A stretch of 64,000 nt of DNA from Longimicrobiales bacterium (GCA_041690395.1 JAWLHJ010000004.1:465365-529364), one strand, 5' to 3'; positions 51,653 through 61,868 are shown, counted from the stretch's first letter. The notes: generated by a model not told the origin, from the letters alone. A program made the numbers and translations.

Positions 51653-51985
51653 TCAGAATCCTTCCAACGCCTCTTCTTTCGTGTCCGTGATGCGGAACAG
51701 GGTGTCGAGCTTGGTGAGCTCGAAGAGCGTCCTCAGGTCCTCGTTGAGGCTCGAGAGGCGGAGCTCGCCGCCTTGCTCACGGATCTTCTTGGACAGGCTG
51801 ACCAACACGCCGAGGCCCGACGAGTCGATGTAGCCGGTGCCCGCGAAATCGATCACGAACTTGCGGTCTCCGGCCTCCAGCTGCTCGAGCACCTGCTGCT
51901 TGAGCTCCTGGCGATTGCCGACGATGAGCTGGCCCTCGACCTCGACGAGCGTGATCTCACCGTTCTGCGACACCTGAAAGCCCAT
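51653..51985 (-). CDS. STAS anti-anti-sigma factor (RsbV-like)
   Basis: YIDSSGLGVL with the conserved Ser; LFELTKL. Confidence 0.92.
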   Translation of the reverse strand: MGFQVSQNGEITLVEVEGQLIVGNRQELKQQVLEQLEAGDRKFVIDFAGTGYIDSSGLGVLVSLSKKIREQGGELRLSSLNEDLRTLFELTKLDTLFRITDTKEEALEGF

Positions 51986-52059
51986 GGACCGGTGCTCCCT
52001 GAAAGATGGGGGATCGCGGGCGGGCCCGCGGTGGACGGAGTAATGCTCGGATGGGCTTA

Positions 52060-52089
52060 AGTGTAAAAACGAAACGGATGGCGGGGCAA
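52060..52089 (-). promoter_or_regulatory. Candidate sigma70 promoter for rsbV/W/U-rsmA
   Basis: TTGCCC-N18-TACACT in an AT-enriched gap. Confidence 0.55.
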
Positions 52090-52229
52090 GGAAGACGGCA
52101 TCGTCCCGCGTTTCGCGCCACCTGAAACCCGGCAATAAACTAGCTCGTATGGATTATCGTCGGCCGGGTGTCTCGAGGGCGCTCGCGAGGACGATCGGGA
52201 TTCCATGGGACGGGGACGAGGAGGGGTCG

Positions 52230-52571
52230 ATGCCACCGGGTACGCCGAGCGATTTCGAGCAGCAGGTCCTCCTGGCCGTGTGGCGGCTGGGGGACGGCGC
52301 CTACGGCGTCAGCGTGCGGGACGAGCTCGAGGCCCGCGCCGGACGAGACGTCGCCCACGGAGCGGTCTACGTGACGCTGGTCCGACTGGAGCGGAAGGGA
52401 TTCCTCCGCTCATCCCTCTCCGACCCCACCCCCGTCCGGGGCGGAAAAGCCAAGCGCTGCTTCGCCATCACGCCCGCCGGCATCGAGGGGCTCCGCGAAG
52501 CCCGGCGGACGCTGGACAGCCTGTGGGACGGGCTGCCACGGACCGCCGAGGAGGGGCCGGCCTCCTCGTGA
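52230..52571 (+). CDS. PadR-family transcriptional regulator
   Basis: FEQQVLLAV, AYGVSV, GAVYVTLVRLERKG, RGGKAKR. GAGGAGG RBS. Confidence 0.9.
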   Translation: MPPGTPSDFEQQVLLAVWRLGDGAYGVSVRDELEARAGRDVAHGAVYVTLVRLERKGFLRSSLSDPTPVRGGKAKRCFAITPAGIEGLREARRTLDSLWDGLPRTAEEGPASS

Positions 52572-55300
52572 GCCCCCTGCGCTCCGGCGGGTCCTCCGGT
52601 GACCCCCGCCCGCCCCGCATCGCGGAGCTGCTGCTACGGCTCCTGGTGCCCGGACCGGTCGGCGACGCGTTCGCCGGCGATCTGGAGGAGCGCTTCCGGC
52701 GCCGCCACGCCTCCGCCCCGATCCGCGCGCGGATCGAGTACTGGTCCGACGTCCTGTCGCCGTCCGTCCTGAGACTCCGCGCCGAGGCGCGCGGACTCGC
52801 CCACCCGCCGGGGACGCCTCCGGCCCGCCTGCCAGGAGATGGTCCGATGCACGCCCTCCGCTCCGATGTCCGCTTCGCCTTCCGGTCCCTCCTCAAGTCG
52901 CCGGCGTTCACCGCCGTGGCCGTTCTGTCCCTGGCGCTCGGGATCGGTCCGAACACGGCCATCTTCTCCCTCGTCGACTCTCTCCTGTTCCAGGACTGGG
53001 GCGTGGACGACCCGGAGCGCATCGTCGACGTGTACACGCTCACCTCCGAAGGCCAGTACTTCTTCAATCGGTACGGGAACTACGAGCTGATCGCCGAGGG
53101 CGGCACCGACGTGTTCGAAGCCGTCACGGCCCACAGCATCTTCCCCGGGCGGTTCGAGGGCGAGGCCGGGGTCTCGGAGACCGTGCTGGGGGAGATGGTC
53201 ACCGGCGACTACTTCGAAGTCATGGGCGTCGAGGCCGCGCGCGGCCGCACGTTCCTCCCGGAGGAGGACGCCACCCCCGGCACCCACCCCGTGCTCGTCG
53301 TCTCCGACGGGATGTGGCGGACCCGCTACGGAGCCGACCCCGGGCTGGTCGGGAGCGAAGTGCGCCTGAACGGTCGTCCGTACACGGTCGTGGGCGTCGC
53401 GCCGGAGCAGTTCCGGGGCCGGATCGCGCCCGGCATCGGCACCGAGTTCTGGGTGCCCATGAGCATGTATCCGCACCTCGCGCCCGGAAAGATGGGCCAG
53501 GGCGACCTGACGATCAGCGCCCGGCTTCGCCCGGGCCGCACCGCCGGCGAAGGGCTCGCGGCCATCGAGACGATCGAGGCGCGCATCAACGCCGAGCGGC
53601 AGGCGGCCGATCCGGACCGGCGCAGCTCGCTCGACCTGATCGGCGTGTCGCTGGCGGACGTACGGCTGCACCCGGGCGTCGACGGCGTTGCGCTCGCCAT
53701 CGCCACCCTGCTCTTCGGGGCGGTCGGGCTGGTGCTGCTCGTGGCGTGCGTGAACCTGGCCGGCTTCCTGCTCAGTCGGGCCGTCGATCGCCGCAAGGAG
53801 ATGGCGATTCGCGTCGCGATGGGCGCGGGCAGAGGCGCCATCGTACGACAGCTCCTGGTCGAGTCCCTCATGCTCGCCATCGCGGGAGCCGCCCTGGGCT
53901 TGGCGCTCGGACAGGTCGCGGCGCGGGGGCTGGCCGGTGTGGAGCTGCCGCTGCCCCTACCCGTCGACCTCAGCGTCGATCTGAACGGGTCGGTCTTGCT
54001 CTTCACCGCCGCCGTGGCAGTGGTGGCCGCCCTCCTCTTCGGGCTCACCCCGGCGCTCGAAGCGACCCGGGCTCCGGTGGCCTCCACGCTTCGCGGGGAC
54101 GCCGGGGCCGGCGCCGACCGACGCAAGGTCGGCGGGCGCGCCGTGCTCGTCGCCGCGCAGATGGCCCTCTCGACCGTCCTCCTCTTCGGAGCCGCGCTGT
54201 TCGTGCGCTCGCTCGACTCCGCCACCCGGGTCGACGTCGGCTTCACCGCGCGTGACGGAGGGGTCGCACACATCGAGACCGACCCGAACGAGTACGACGA
54301 CGGGCGACGGGCGGCCCTCGCACGCGACCTGATCGCCCGCCTGGAGGCACGGCCCGGCATTTCCTCCGTGGCCGTCACGGGACGGATGCCGCTGGCGCTC
54401 GGGACCATCAACCTGAACTTCTCGATTCCGGGCATCGACCCGCCTCCGGACCAGCGGCTGCACGTGCTCGAGTACGCGCCGGTGTCGGCCGGGTACTTCG
54501 ACGTCCTGGGAATCACCATGGAGGAGGGGCGTGGCTTCCAGCCGGGTGAGGCCGAGGACGGATCCGGCGTCGTGGTCCTGAGCCGTGCCGCCGCCCACCG
54601 CTTCTGGCCCGGCGAGTCTGCGATCGGGCGTGTGCTCTACCTGGGCGGGGACACGGACCGTCCGCTGTCGGTGGTCGGGGTCGCGGACGACGTGAAGATC
54701 TGGAGCCTGGGCGAGCCCCCGCGGCCCTACGCGTATCTGCCCTACAGCGGCGGGGGCACGGACGCGTTCTACGTGGTGGCCCGTGGCGCCTCGAGCGGCA
54801 TCGACCTGACGGCGGCGGTCCGGGACGAGGTCCGGGCGCTCGACGCCGGGGTGTTCCTCTCGGAGGTCGGGACGCTGCAGGACCACCTGTCGTACGTCTA
54901 CTTCCTTCCGCGGATGGCCGCGGGGCTCCTGTCGCTCGTCGGCGCGCTGGCGCTCGTGCTCGCCTGCATGGGGCTCTACGGCATGGTGAGCTACGGGGTC
55001 GCGCGTCGCACCCGCGAGATGGGCATCCGGCTGGCGCTGGGGGCCGAGCGGCGCGGGGTGGTCGCGCTCGTGCTGCGCGGAGGCCTCTCCCTCGTGGCGG
55101 TGGGCGGCGTCATCGGCGTCGCGGCGGCCGTCGGGCTGGGCGGGCTCGTCGAAGGGTTCCTGTTCGGCGTCGACGGAGTCGACCCGCTGGCGCTGGTCGC
55201 TGCGCCGATGCTGCTCGCCGTCGTGGCCGGGATGGCGGCCTACCTGCCGGCGCGCAGGGCGAGTCGGGTCGATCCGGTGCGCGCGCTCCGGGCCGAGTAG
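52568..55300 (+). CDS. Duplicated orphan ABC permease (ADOP; MacB_PCD/FtsX x2)
   Basis: SLALGIGPNTAIFS, LVACVNLA, RRKEMAIR, RRTREMGIRLALGA, PARRASRVDP. GTGA overlap with padR. Confidence 0.92.
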   Translation: MSPLRSGGSSGDPRPPRIAELLLRLLVPGPVGDAFAGDLEERFRRRHASAPIRARIEYWSDVLSPSVLRLRAEARGLAHPPGTPPARLPGDGPMHALRSDVRFAFRSLLKSPAFTAVAVLSLALGIGPNTAIFSLVDSLLFQDWGVDDPERIVDVYTLTSEGQYFFNRYGNYELIAEGGTDVFEAVTAHSIFPGRFEGEAGVSETVLGEMVTGDYFEVMGVEAARGRTFLPEEDATPGTHPVLVVSDGMWRTRYGADPGLVGSEVRLNGRPYTVVGVAPEQFRGRIAPGIGTEFWVPMSMYPHLAPGKMGQGDLTISARLRPGRTAGEGLAAIETIEARINAERQAADPDRRSSLDLIGVSLADVRLHPGVDGVALAIATLLFGAVGLVLLVACVNLAGFLLSRAVDRRKEMAIRVAMGAGRGAIVRQLLVESLMLAIAGAALGLALGQVAARGLAGVELPLPLPVDLSVDLNGSVLLFTAAVAVVAALLFGLTPALEATRAPVASTLRGDAGAGADRRKVGGRAVLVAAQMALSTVLLFGAALFVRSLDSATRVDVGFTARDGGVAHIETDPNEYDDGRRAALARDLIARLEARPGISSVAVTGRMPLALGTINLNFSIPGIDPPPDQRLHVLEYAPVSAGYFDVLGITMEEGRGFQPGEAEDGSGVVVLSRAAAHRFWPGESAIGRVLYLGGDTDRPLSVVGVADDVKIWSLGEPPRPYAYLPYSGGGTDAFYVVARGASSGIDLTAAVRDEVRALDAGVFLSEVGTLQDHLSYVYFLPRMAAGLLSLVGALALVLACMGLYGMVSYGVARRTREMGIRLALGAERRGVVALVLRGGLSLVAVGGVIGVAAAVGLGGLVEGFLFGVDGVDPLALVAAPMLLAVVAGMAAYLPARRASRVDPVRALRAE

Positions 55301-55330
55301 TGGTCGGCGTGGGGGTGCCGCGGCCGGGCG

Positions 55331-56332
55331 TCAGGCCCCCGCCATGAGCGACGTGACGCACGCCACGGCCACGATGTCGTCGGGCGTGGCGCCTCGGGAG
55401 AGGTCGTTGCACGGGCGGGCGAGCCCCTGGAGGATCGGGCCGACCGCCTGGGCGCCGCCGAGGTACTGGACGAGCTTGTAGGCGATGTTGGCCGCGTCGA
55501 GGTCGGGAAAGACCAGGACGTTCGCGCGCCCCGCGACCGGCGAGCCCGGAGCCTTTCGGCCGCCGACCTCCACCGACAGGGCCGCGTCGCCCTGGAGCTC
55601 GCCGTCGGCCTCCACGTCGGGCATGAGCACGCGGAACCGGTCGACCGCTTCCTGCACGAGCTCGACCATGGGACCGGTCGCCGACCCCTTCGTCGAGTAG
55701 GAGAGGAACGCGACGCGGGGCTCGTCACCGACGACACGCCGCCGCGCCTCGGCCGCCGCGGCCGCGATCTCCGCCAGCTGGACGGACGTGGGAGACGGAA
55801 CCACCGCGGCGTCGGTGAAGGTCAGCACGCACGGTCCCATGGCGTGGTCGTCCTCGAACGCCATGTAGAACGACGAGCTCACCGTTTCGATACCGGGCGC
55901 GGTGCCGACGCCGCGAAGCGCGGCCACGACCACGTCGCCGGTGGTCCTCGAGCAGCCGGCGACCGACGCGGCCGCCTCGCCGGCCCGGACCATCAGGGCG
56001 CCCTGCAGCAAAGGGTCGCAGACCAGGTCCTCGGCCTTCCGCGCGGATTTCCCGGCCGCCTCCCGCGCGGCCACGAAGTCGGCACGGTACCGCTCGAGCA
56101 AGCCCGGGTCCCCGGCGTCGCGGATCTCGACGGCGCCCGGATCCAGCCCCGCCTCCTCGAGCCCGGAAGCGATCCCGTCCGGCGCACCGATCAGCACCGC
56201 GTCGAAGAGCCCCGCCGGCACGGCGGCGGCCACGGCCGCCTGGATCCGGGCCTCATCCCCCTCCGGGAACACGAGCTTGCGACGCTTCTTTCGCGCCCGC
56301 TCACGGACCTCGGCGACGAAGTCGAACGTCAT
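55331..56332 (-). CDS. pta: Phosphate acetyltransferase
   Basis: VFPEG, FLSYSTKGS, DGELQGDAA, NIAYK, NDLSRG. Confidence 0.92.
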   Translation of the reverse strand: MTFDFVAEVRERARKKRRKLVFPEGDEARIQAAVAAAVPAGLFDAVLIGAPDGIASGLEEAGLDPGAVEIRDAGDPGLLERYRADFVAAREAAGKSARKAEDLVCDPLLQGALMVRAGEAAASVAGCSRTTGDVVVAALRGVGTAPGIETVSSSFYMAFEDDHAMGPCVLTFTDAAVVPSPTSVQLAEIAAAAAEARRRVVGDEPRVAFLSYSTKGSATGPMVELVQEAVDRFRVLMPDVEADGELQGDAALSVEVGGRKAPGSPVAGRANVLVFPDLDAANIAYKLVQYLGGAQAVGPILQGLARPCNDLSRGATPDDIVAVACVTSLMAGA

Positions 56333-56850
56333 CGCCCGAGCTTCCCGTCGAGCCGGTCGAGGACGTGCGGCGACACGAAGCTGGACACGTCCCCGCCCAG
56401 CGAGGCGACTTCGCGCACCAGCGACGAGGAGATGAAGCTGTAGCGGGCCTCCGGCACCAGGAAGAGCGTTTCGATCTCGGGCCAGAGCTCCTGGTTCATC
56501 TGGGCCATCTGGAGCTCGTACTCGAAGTCCGAGATGGCGCGCAGTCCGCGCACGATGAAGTGAGCACCGCGGTCACGGGCGAAGTCCACGAGCAGCCCCT
56601 GGAACGGGTGGACCTCCACACGGTCGTCGTCGGAGAAGGCTTCGCGGATGAGCTCCACGCGCTCCTCCACCCCGAAGAGCCCCTTCTTGGTGTGGGTCGA
56701 CGTGTACGCGACACCGATCACAAGGCGGTCCACCAGGCGCAGCGTACGTCGGGCGATGTCCTCGTGCCCGCGCGTGATCGGATCGAAGGAGCCGGGATAC
56801 AGGCCCACGATCGGGTCAGGGCGATGGGTCGTCCGTGGCGATGGCGTCAT
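56329..56850 (-). CDS. coaD: Pantetheine-phosphate adenylyltransferase
   Basis: YPGSFDPITRGH, VRGLR..SDFEYE, ISSSLVRE. Confidence 0.96.
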   Translation of the reverse strand: MTPSPRTTHRPDPIVGLYPGSFDPITRGHEDIARRTLRLVDRLVIGVAYTSTHTKKGLFGVEERVELIREAFSDDDRVEVHPFQGLLVDFARDRGAHFIVRGLRAISDFEYELQMAQMNQELWPEIETLFLVPEARYSFISSSLVREVASLGGDVSSFVSPHVLDRLDGKLGR

Positions 56851-57367
56851 GGTCGGTGAGTGTGGTGAGTGCCGTGTCCCCGTACCGTCGGGTACGGGCG
56901 TGGGCGGGGAGCGGGATCTCGTCCCGCCACGCGTGCTCGAGCCAAAGCGTACATGCGAACGGGCGTTCCAGAAAGCGCTCGACGAGTGCGGCCGCGTCGC
57001 CCGTGCCGTACGGGGGGTCCGCGAACGCGACATCGAAGTGCTCCGGGTCACGGGCGAGGTAACGGAAGACGTCGTCCGTCACGATCGTCGCTTCCGCCTC
57101 CGCCTCGAGCGCACGGACGTTGTCGCGGAGCGCACGGAGCGCGTCCCGCCCCCGCTCCACGAAGACGGCCTCCGCCGCGCCCCGGCTGAGGGCCTCGAGC
57201 CCGAGCGCGCCCGATCCGGCGAAGAGGTCGAGCACGCGGGCCCCGGGGAGATCCGGTCCGGCTGCCGACATCCAGGCCTCGCGAACACGGTCCGTGGTGG
57301 GCCGCACGGAGCGGCCGCGAGGGGCCTTGATCTGGCGTCCACCCCAGCGCCCGGCGACGATCCTCAC
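56816..57367 (-). CDS. rsmD: 16S rRNA m2G966 methyltransferase RsmD
   Basis: MRIVAG, RPTTDRVRE, DLFAGSGALGLEALSRG, DPPY. Confidence 0.94.
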   Translation of the reverse strand: MRIVAGRWGGRQIKAPRGRSVRPTTDRVREAWMSAAGPDLPGARVLDLFAGSGALGLEALSRGAAEAVFVERGRDALRALRDNVRALEAEAEATIVTDDVFRYLARDPEHFDVAFADPPYGTGDAAALVERFLERPFACTLWLEHAWRDEIPLPAHARTRRYGDTALTTLTDHDAIATDDPSP

Positions 57368-59169
57368 GCCGGGGAGCCTGGCTCGCCGACACGGGGGGCG
57401 CCGACACCAGGCTCGCCGGCACGGGGCTGGCCGACCCGGGGCGGGCCGGCGGACAGTCGCAGGTCCACGAGCTTCGCCTGGGGGCTCACACGGCCCCGCC
57501 ACTCGTTCCGCTCCAGCTTGTACAGCACGTCGTGCGGCGCGGCGCCGAGCTCGTCGGGCGCATGACGCTCCGCGACGCCGAAGCCGATGGCCTCGAGGCT
57601 CGCGCGGCCGTTCCGGAGCCGGGCCTTCAGGTGCCCCTGCCCCACCTCGCGGGCCCCGTCGATCGTGAGTGCGTCGCTGCGGAACACCGGCCCCGGATTC
57701 CCGATCCCGTGGGGGCCGAGGTACGCGAGCCAGCGCACGAGGTCGAGATCCACCTCGGCCGGGTCCAGGACCAGGTCGGTCCTCAGCTCGGGCCGGAGGT
57801 CTTCGGGCAGGAGACGCGCGCGGGCCTCGGCGTTGAAGGCCTCACGCAGGGCAGGAACGCGCTCGCGCGACACATCCATCCCGGCGGCCTGACGGTGGCC
57901 GCCGAACCGTTCGAGGTGGCTCGAGCACGCCGCCAACGCGTCGTAGAGATGGAAGCCCGGCACGGAGCGGGCGCTCCCGCGTCCCCGGTCTCCGTCGAGG
58001 GCGACCATGACCACCGGGCGGTGGATCCGCTCGACCACCCGGGAGGCCACGATGCCGATGACGCCGGGATGCCATCCCTCGGACGCCAGCACGACCCCGA
58101 AGTCCCGGTCCGGCTCGAAGTCCCGCTCGAGCTGCCGGAACGCCTCGTCCTGCGTTCGCCGGTCCTCGGCCCGCCGGTCGCGGTTCAGCTCCTCAAGCTG
58201 GTGCGCCAGGCGCAGCGCCTCGTCGCGGTCGTCCGTCAGAAGTAGACGCAGGGCATCGGCGGACTCACCGATCCGTCCGGCCGCGTTGATGCGGGGCGCG
58301 AGACCGAACGCCAGGTTCCCCGCCGTAACGGTCGCCGGGTCGGTCCCTGAAGCCTCCATGAGGGCCGCCAGGCCCGCCACACCTGTCGCGGCGAGCCGGC
58401 GGAGGCCGAAGGCTACCAGCACGCGGTTCTCGCCACGCAGGGGCACGAGGTCGGCGACGGTCGCCAACGCCACGAGGTCCAGGTAACGGGCGAGAGGCTC
58501 CGGATCCTGTCCGAGCGCCTGCGCGACGAGGGCCGAGAGACGGAATGCGAGGCCGGTGCCGCACAACTCCTTCTCTGGATAGGCGCAGTCGGCGCGCTTC
58601 GGGTTCACGAGGGCGTACGCGGGGGGCCGCGTGTCGCCCGGCGTGTGGTGATCGGTGACGATGACGTCCCGACCCTCCGCCGCCGCCTCGGCGATGGGCG
58701 CGTGCGCCACGGTGCCGCAGTCCGCTGTGACGATCAGAGTGGCGCCCGCCGCACGGGCCGTGTCGAGCCCCGACCGGGAGAAGTCGTACCCGTCGCGCAG
58801 TCGGTGCGGCACGAAGGGAACCACCGTCCCGCCCAGCGACCGCAACCAGCGGGTCAGGAGCGCCGTCGCGCAGATGCCGTCGACGTCGTAGTCGCCGTGG
58901 ACGAAGATCGTCTCACCGCTCCGCACGGCGTCGGCGATACGCGCGGCCGCTCTCGGGCCATCGGCCAGGAGGGCGGGGTCCGCGAGGTGCTCGAGGCGGG
59001 GTCGCAGGAAGCGCTTGGCGTCCCCGGGCTCGAGGAAGCCGCGCCCCGCCAGGATCCGGCAGATCGGCTCGGGGAGCCGGAGCGCGCGGACGAGTCCCTC
59101 GACGCCGGCGTCGTCGACCTCGGGCGGAGGCCGCCAGACGGGCTCCGGCGAGGGCAGCACGCGGGACAC
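57364..59169 (-). CDS. recJ: ssDNA exonuclease RecJ
   Basis: GDYDVDG, TADCG, TDHH, PRINAAGR, GSARS, GGHRQAAG. Confidence 0.96.
   Translation of the reverse strand: MSRVLPSPEPVWRPPPEVDDAGVEGLVRALRLPEPICRILAGRGFLEPGDAKRFLRPRLEHLADPALLADGPRAAARIADAVRSGETIFVHGDYDVDGICATALLTRWLRSLGGTVVPFVPHRLRDGYDFSRSGLDTARAAGATLIVTADCGTVAHAPIAEAAAEGRDVIVTDHHTPGDTRPPAYALVNPKRADCAYPEKELCGTGLAFRLSALVAQALGQDPEPLARYLDLVALATVADLVPLRGENRVLVAFGLRRLAATGVAGLAALMEASGTDPATVTAGNLAFGLAPRINAAGRIGESADALRLLLTDDRDEALRLAHQLEELNRDRRAEDRRTQDEAFRQLERDFEPDRDFGVVLASEGWHPGVIGIVASRVVERIHRPVVMVALDGDRGRGSARSVPGFHLYDALAACSSHLERFGGHRQAAGMDVSRERVPALREAFNAEARARLLPEDLRPELRTDLVLDPAEVDLDLVRWLAYLGPHGIGNPGPVFRSDALTIDGAREVGQGHLKARLRNGRASLEAIGFGVAERHAPDELGAAPHDVLYKLERNEWRGRVSPQAKLVDLRLSAGPPRVGQPRAGEPGVGAPRVGEPGSPA
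57380..57439. repeat. 4 x 15-bp degenerate tandem repeat in the recJ 3' end
   Basis: GGCTCGCCGACACGG / GGGGCGCCGACACCA / GGCTCGCCGGCACGG / GGCTGGCCGACCCGG. Confidence 0.75.
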
Positions 59170-59193
59170 GTCAGCTACTGAGCGCCGCGCCCC

Positions 59194-60018
59194 TCACTCT
59201 TCGACCAGCGCCTCGTCGGGCGTGTCGGACGACGTCTCGTCGCCGCTCTCCGAACCCTCGGCCGCAGCTTCGACCGCGGCCGCCTTCGCCTCCTCCTCGG
59301 GGGCCTCCGGCTCGGGCGCCGTCAGGATCACGCCGCAGGCTTCACACCGGATGAGGCGCGCGCCGTGGCGGATCTCGTTCTGGACCTGGAGCGGGACCAT
59401 GCCGTAGCAGTTCCCGCAGGCCCCGTCCTCGGTCAGCGCCGCGACAGCCTTCCGGCCGGTGCGGCCACGGATCGCGTCGTAGATCCGGAGCTCCTCGTCG
59501 TCGATGTCGTTGGTGAAGCTCTCCCGCTTCGTCCGCAGGGACTCGAGCTCCTCCTGGACCCGCTTCCGCTCGGCGAGCAGCTCTTCCTTCTTCGGCTCGA
59601 CCATGGAACGAGCCTCCTCGAAGGCGGACGCCAGCTCCTCGATCCGCTCGTCCGACTTCCGGATCTGGTCGAGCAGCGTGAACGCCTCCTGCTCGTCGTT
59701 CTGCAGGGCCCGCTTGATCATCTCCAGCTCGGCGCTGACCGCGGCCTCCTCGCGCAGGTTACGGACCGACCCGAGACGCTCCTCGAGCTTCTTCAGACGG
59801 TCCTTCTTCTCGTCGATCGAGAGCTCGAGCCGGCGCTCCTCGAGCTTCATCTCCTGCGATCGCTTGCGGAGGGTCCCCAGCTCACTCTCGAGGACGAGAA
59901 CCGGCTCCTCCACTTCCTCGAACAAGGGGTCGAAGGACTGGATCCGCTCCTTGGTCTCGAGAATGCGGGTGTCCAGCTTCTGGAGTTCTTTGAGGGCGGT
60001 GCGCTGCTGCTCCGTCAT
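59194..60018 (-). CDS. Coiled-coil C4 zinc-ribbon protein (DUF164/CT398-like)
   Basis: LQKLD, long coiled coil, CGNC...CEACG. Confidence 0.88.
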   Translation of the reverse strand: MTEQQRTALKELQKLDTRILETKERIQSFDPLFEEVEEPVLVLESELGTLRKRSQEMKLEERRLELSIDEKKDRLKKLEERLGSVRNLREEAAVSAELEMIKRALQNDEQEAFTLLDQIRKSDERIEELASAFEEARSMVEPKKEELLAERKRVQEELESLRTKRESFTNDIDDEELRIYDAIRGRTGRKAVAALTEDGACGNCYGMVPLQVQNEIRHGARLIRCEACGVILTAPEPEAPEEEAKAAAVEAAAEGSESGDETSSDTPDEALVEE

Positions 60019-61868
60019 CGGCTCGGTTCGTTCTGTGAGTGATCTCTTCGAGGTCCGCGCGTTGCGGATCCCCAGTAATTCGGGTCGAGCTGCCTCAGCT
60101 CGCGGGCCAGCGCCGCCTTGGCGTTGGCCAGCTCCAGCTTCTCGTCGTCCCCAGGGGCGGACTCGATGCGCCGCTGGAGCTCCTGGATTCGCCGATCCAG
60201 GGCCAGAACCCGAAGGCGGTTCACCGACTTGGTGAACAAGTCGATCCCGTGCGAGAGCTCTTCCTGGTCGGAGAGGATCTCCTCGAACCGCTTCGCGCTG
60301 ACGGGATCCATGGACGACGTTGGAGCCCGAAGGTCGGGATCGTCAAGAAGCATCTCAAAGATGGCGCGGTGGTGCGGATCGTCAAAGTCTTCGGCCGAGA
60401 CCAGCTCCGCGGCGCGCTCCACCCACTCCACGCCGCGGACCATCACCTGGAGGAGCTTCCGCTCGGCTCCGAGCCTCGGAAGTCGGGGGGCCGGCCCGCC
60501 ACGCGGCGGCCCCGGAGACCGACGCTCGGACGGGCGCGGACCACCCTGGGGGCCCGACGGGGCCGCCGACCGACGAGGTCCCTCCCGGCTCAGCTCGCCT
60601 TCCAGATTCTCCCGGCTCACGCCCGTCTTCTCCGACACCTTCTTCATGTAGATGTCGCGGAGCGCGGGATCGGCGGCGGCGCGCAGGGTCGGCAGGAGCC
60701 GGTCCACCGCCGACCGCGTCCGCTCGATCGACGAGAAGTAGTCGCGCTCGTCGAGGATCTGCACCTTCCGGTCGAGCACGTCCACGGCGTGGTCGATGTA
60801 CGCGCGCAACCGGTCCGGGCCCTCCCCCCGCACCACCGTGTCGGGGTCCTCGCCTTCCGGCAGCGTGACGACCACCGGCCGGAGTCCCGCCTCGAGCAGG
60901 ACGTCGCCCGCCCGGAACGTCGCTTTCAGGCCCGCCGAGTCCGAGTCGAACAGGAGCACGACCCGCTTCGAGTACCGTCCCAGCAGACTGGCCTGCTCGG
61001 GCGTCAGGGCCGTGCCCAGCGGCGCGACCACGTTCTCGAAGCCGTGCGCGGCGAGCGAGACGACGTCCATGTATCCCTCCACCACCAACACGCACTCTTC
61101 CCTGCGGATGGCGTGGCGGGCCCACGAGAGGCCGTAGAGGTTCAGCCCCTTGTGGTAGATCGGTGACTCGGGGGAGTTGACGTACTTGGGGGCGTCGGGT
61201 CGGTCGCCGTCCAGGACCCGGCCACCGAACGCGATGACCTTGCCCGACAGCGACTCGATGGGGAAGACGATGCGTCGCCGGAACCGGTCGTACGCTTCGG
61301 GCGACTTCTCGCTCCGACCGAGCAGCCCCAGCTCCAGCATGAGGTCCTCGTCGAGCCCGTGCTTGGCCGCGGCCTCCCGGAAGGCGCGCCATTCGTCGGG
61401 CGCGTACCCCAGGCCGAAGCGTTCCGCCGTCTCCCCGTCGATGCCCCGGGCGTAGAGATAGTCGCGCGCGATCTTCCCGCCCTCGGGGTCCACCAGCCGC
61501 TCGCGGAAGAAGTCCCGGGCGAAGCCGTTGATCTCGTAGAACGGGCGGTTCGGGTCCTCTTCATCCCGGTCCTGGTGCACCTCGCGGATCTCCACCCCGG
61601 CCCGGGCGGCCGTGTGCTTCACCGCCTCGACGAAGTCCATCCCCTGCTTCTCCATCAAAAAGGAGAAGACGTCGCCGGACTTGCCGCAGCCGAAGCACTT
61701 GTAGAAGCCCTTGTCGGGCACGACGTAGAAGCTCGGGGTGCGCTCGTCGTGGAAGGGACAGTTGGCCTTGAACTCCCGACCGGACTTCTTGAGCGAGACG
61801 AACTCGCCGATGACGTCCACGATGTCGGCACGTGCCCGTACCTCGTCGACCTGATCGTCCGGGATCAT
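60015..61868 (-). CDS. dnaG: DNA primase
   Basis: CPFHDERTPSF zinc finger, FGGR, KYVNSPE, EGYMD, DSDSAG, DPD. Confidence 0.97.
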   Translation of the reverse strand: MIPDDQVDEVRARADIVDVIGEFVSLKKSGREFKANCPFHDERTPSFYVVPDKGFYKCFGCGKSGDVFSFLMEKQGMDFVEAVKHTAARAGVEIREVHQDRDEEDPNRPFYEINGFARDFFRERLVDPEGGKIARDYLYARGIDGETAERFGLGYAPDEWRAFREAAAKHGLDEDLMLELGLLGRSEKSPEAYDRFRRRIVFPIESLSGKVIAFGGRVLDGDRPDAPKYVNSPESPIYHKGLNLYGLSWARHAIRREECVLVVEGYMDVVSLAAHGFENVVAPLGTALTPEQASLLGRYSKRVVLLFDSDSAGLKATFRAGDVLLEAGLRPVVVTLPEGEDPDTVVRGEGPDRLRAYIDHAVDVLDRKVQILDERDYFSSIERTRSAVDRLLPTLRAAADPALRDIYMKKVSEKTGVSRENLEGELSREGPRRSAAPSGPQGGPRPSERRSPGPPRGGPAPRLPRLGAERKLLQVMVRGVEWVERAAELVSAEDFDDPHHRAIFEMLLDDPDLRAPTSSMDPVSAKRFEEILSDQEELSHGIDLFTKSVNRLRVLALDRRIQELQRRIESAPGDDEKLELANAKAALARELRQLDPNYWGSATRGPRRDHSQNEPSR

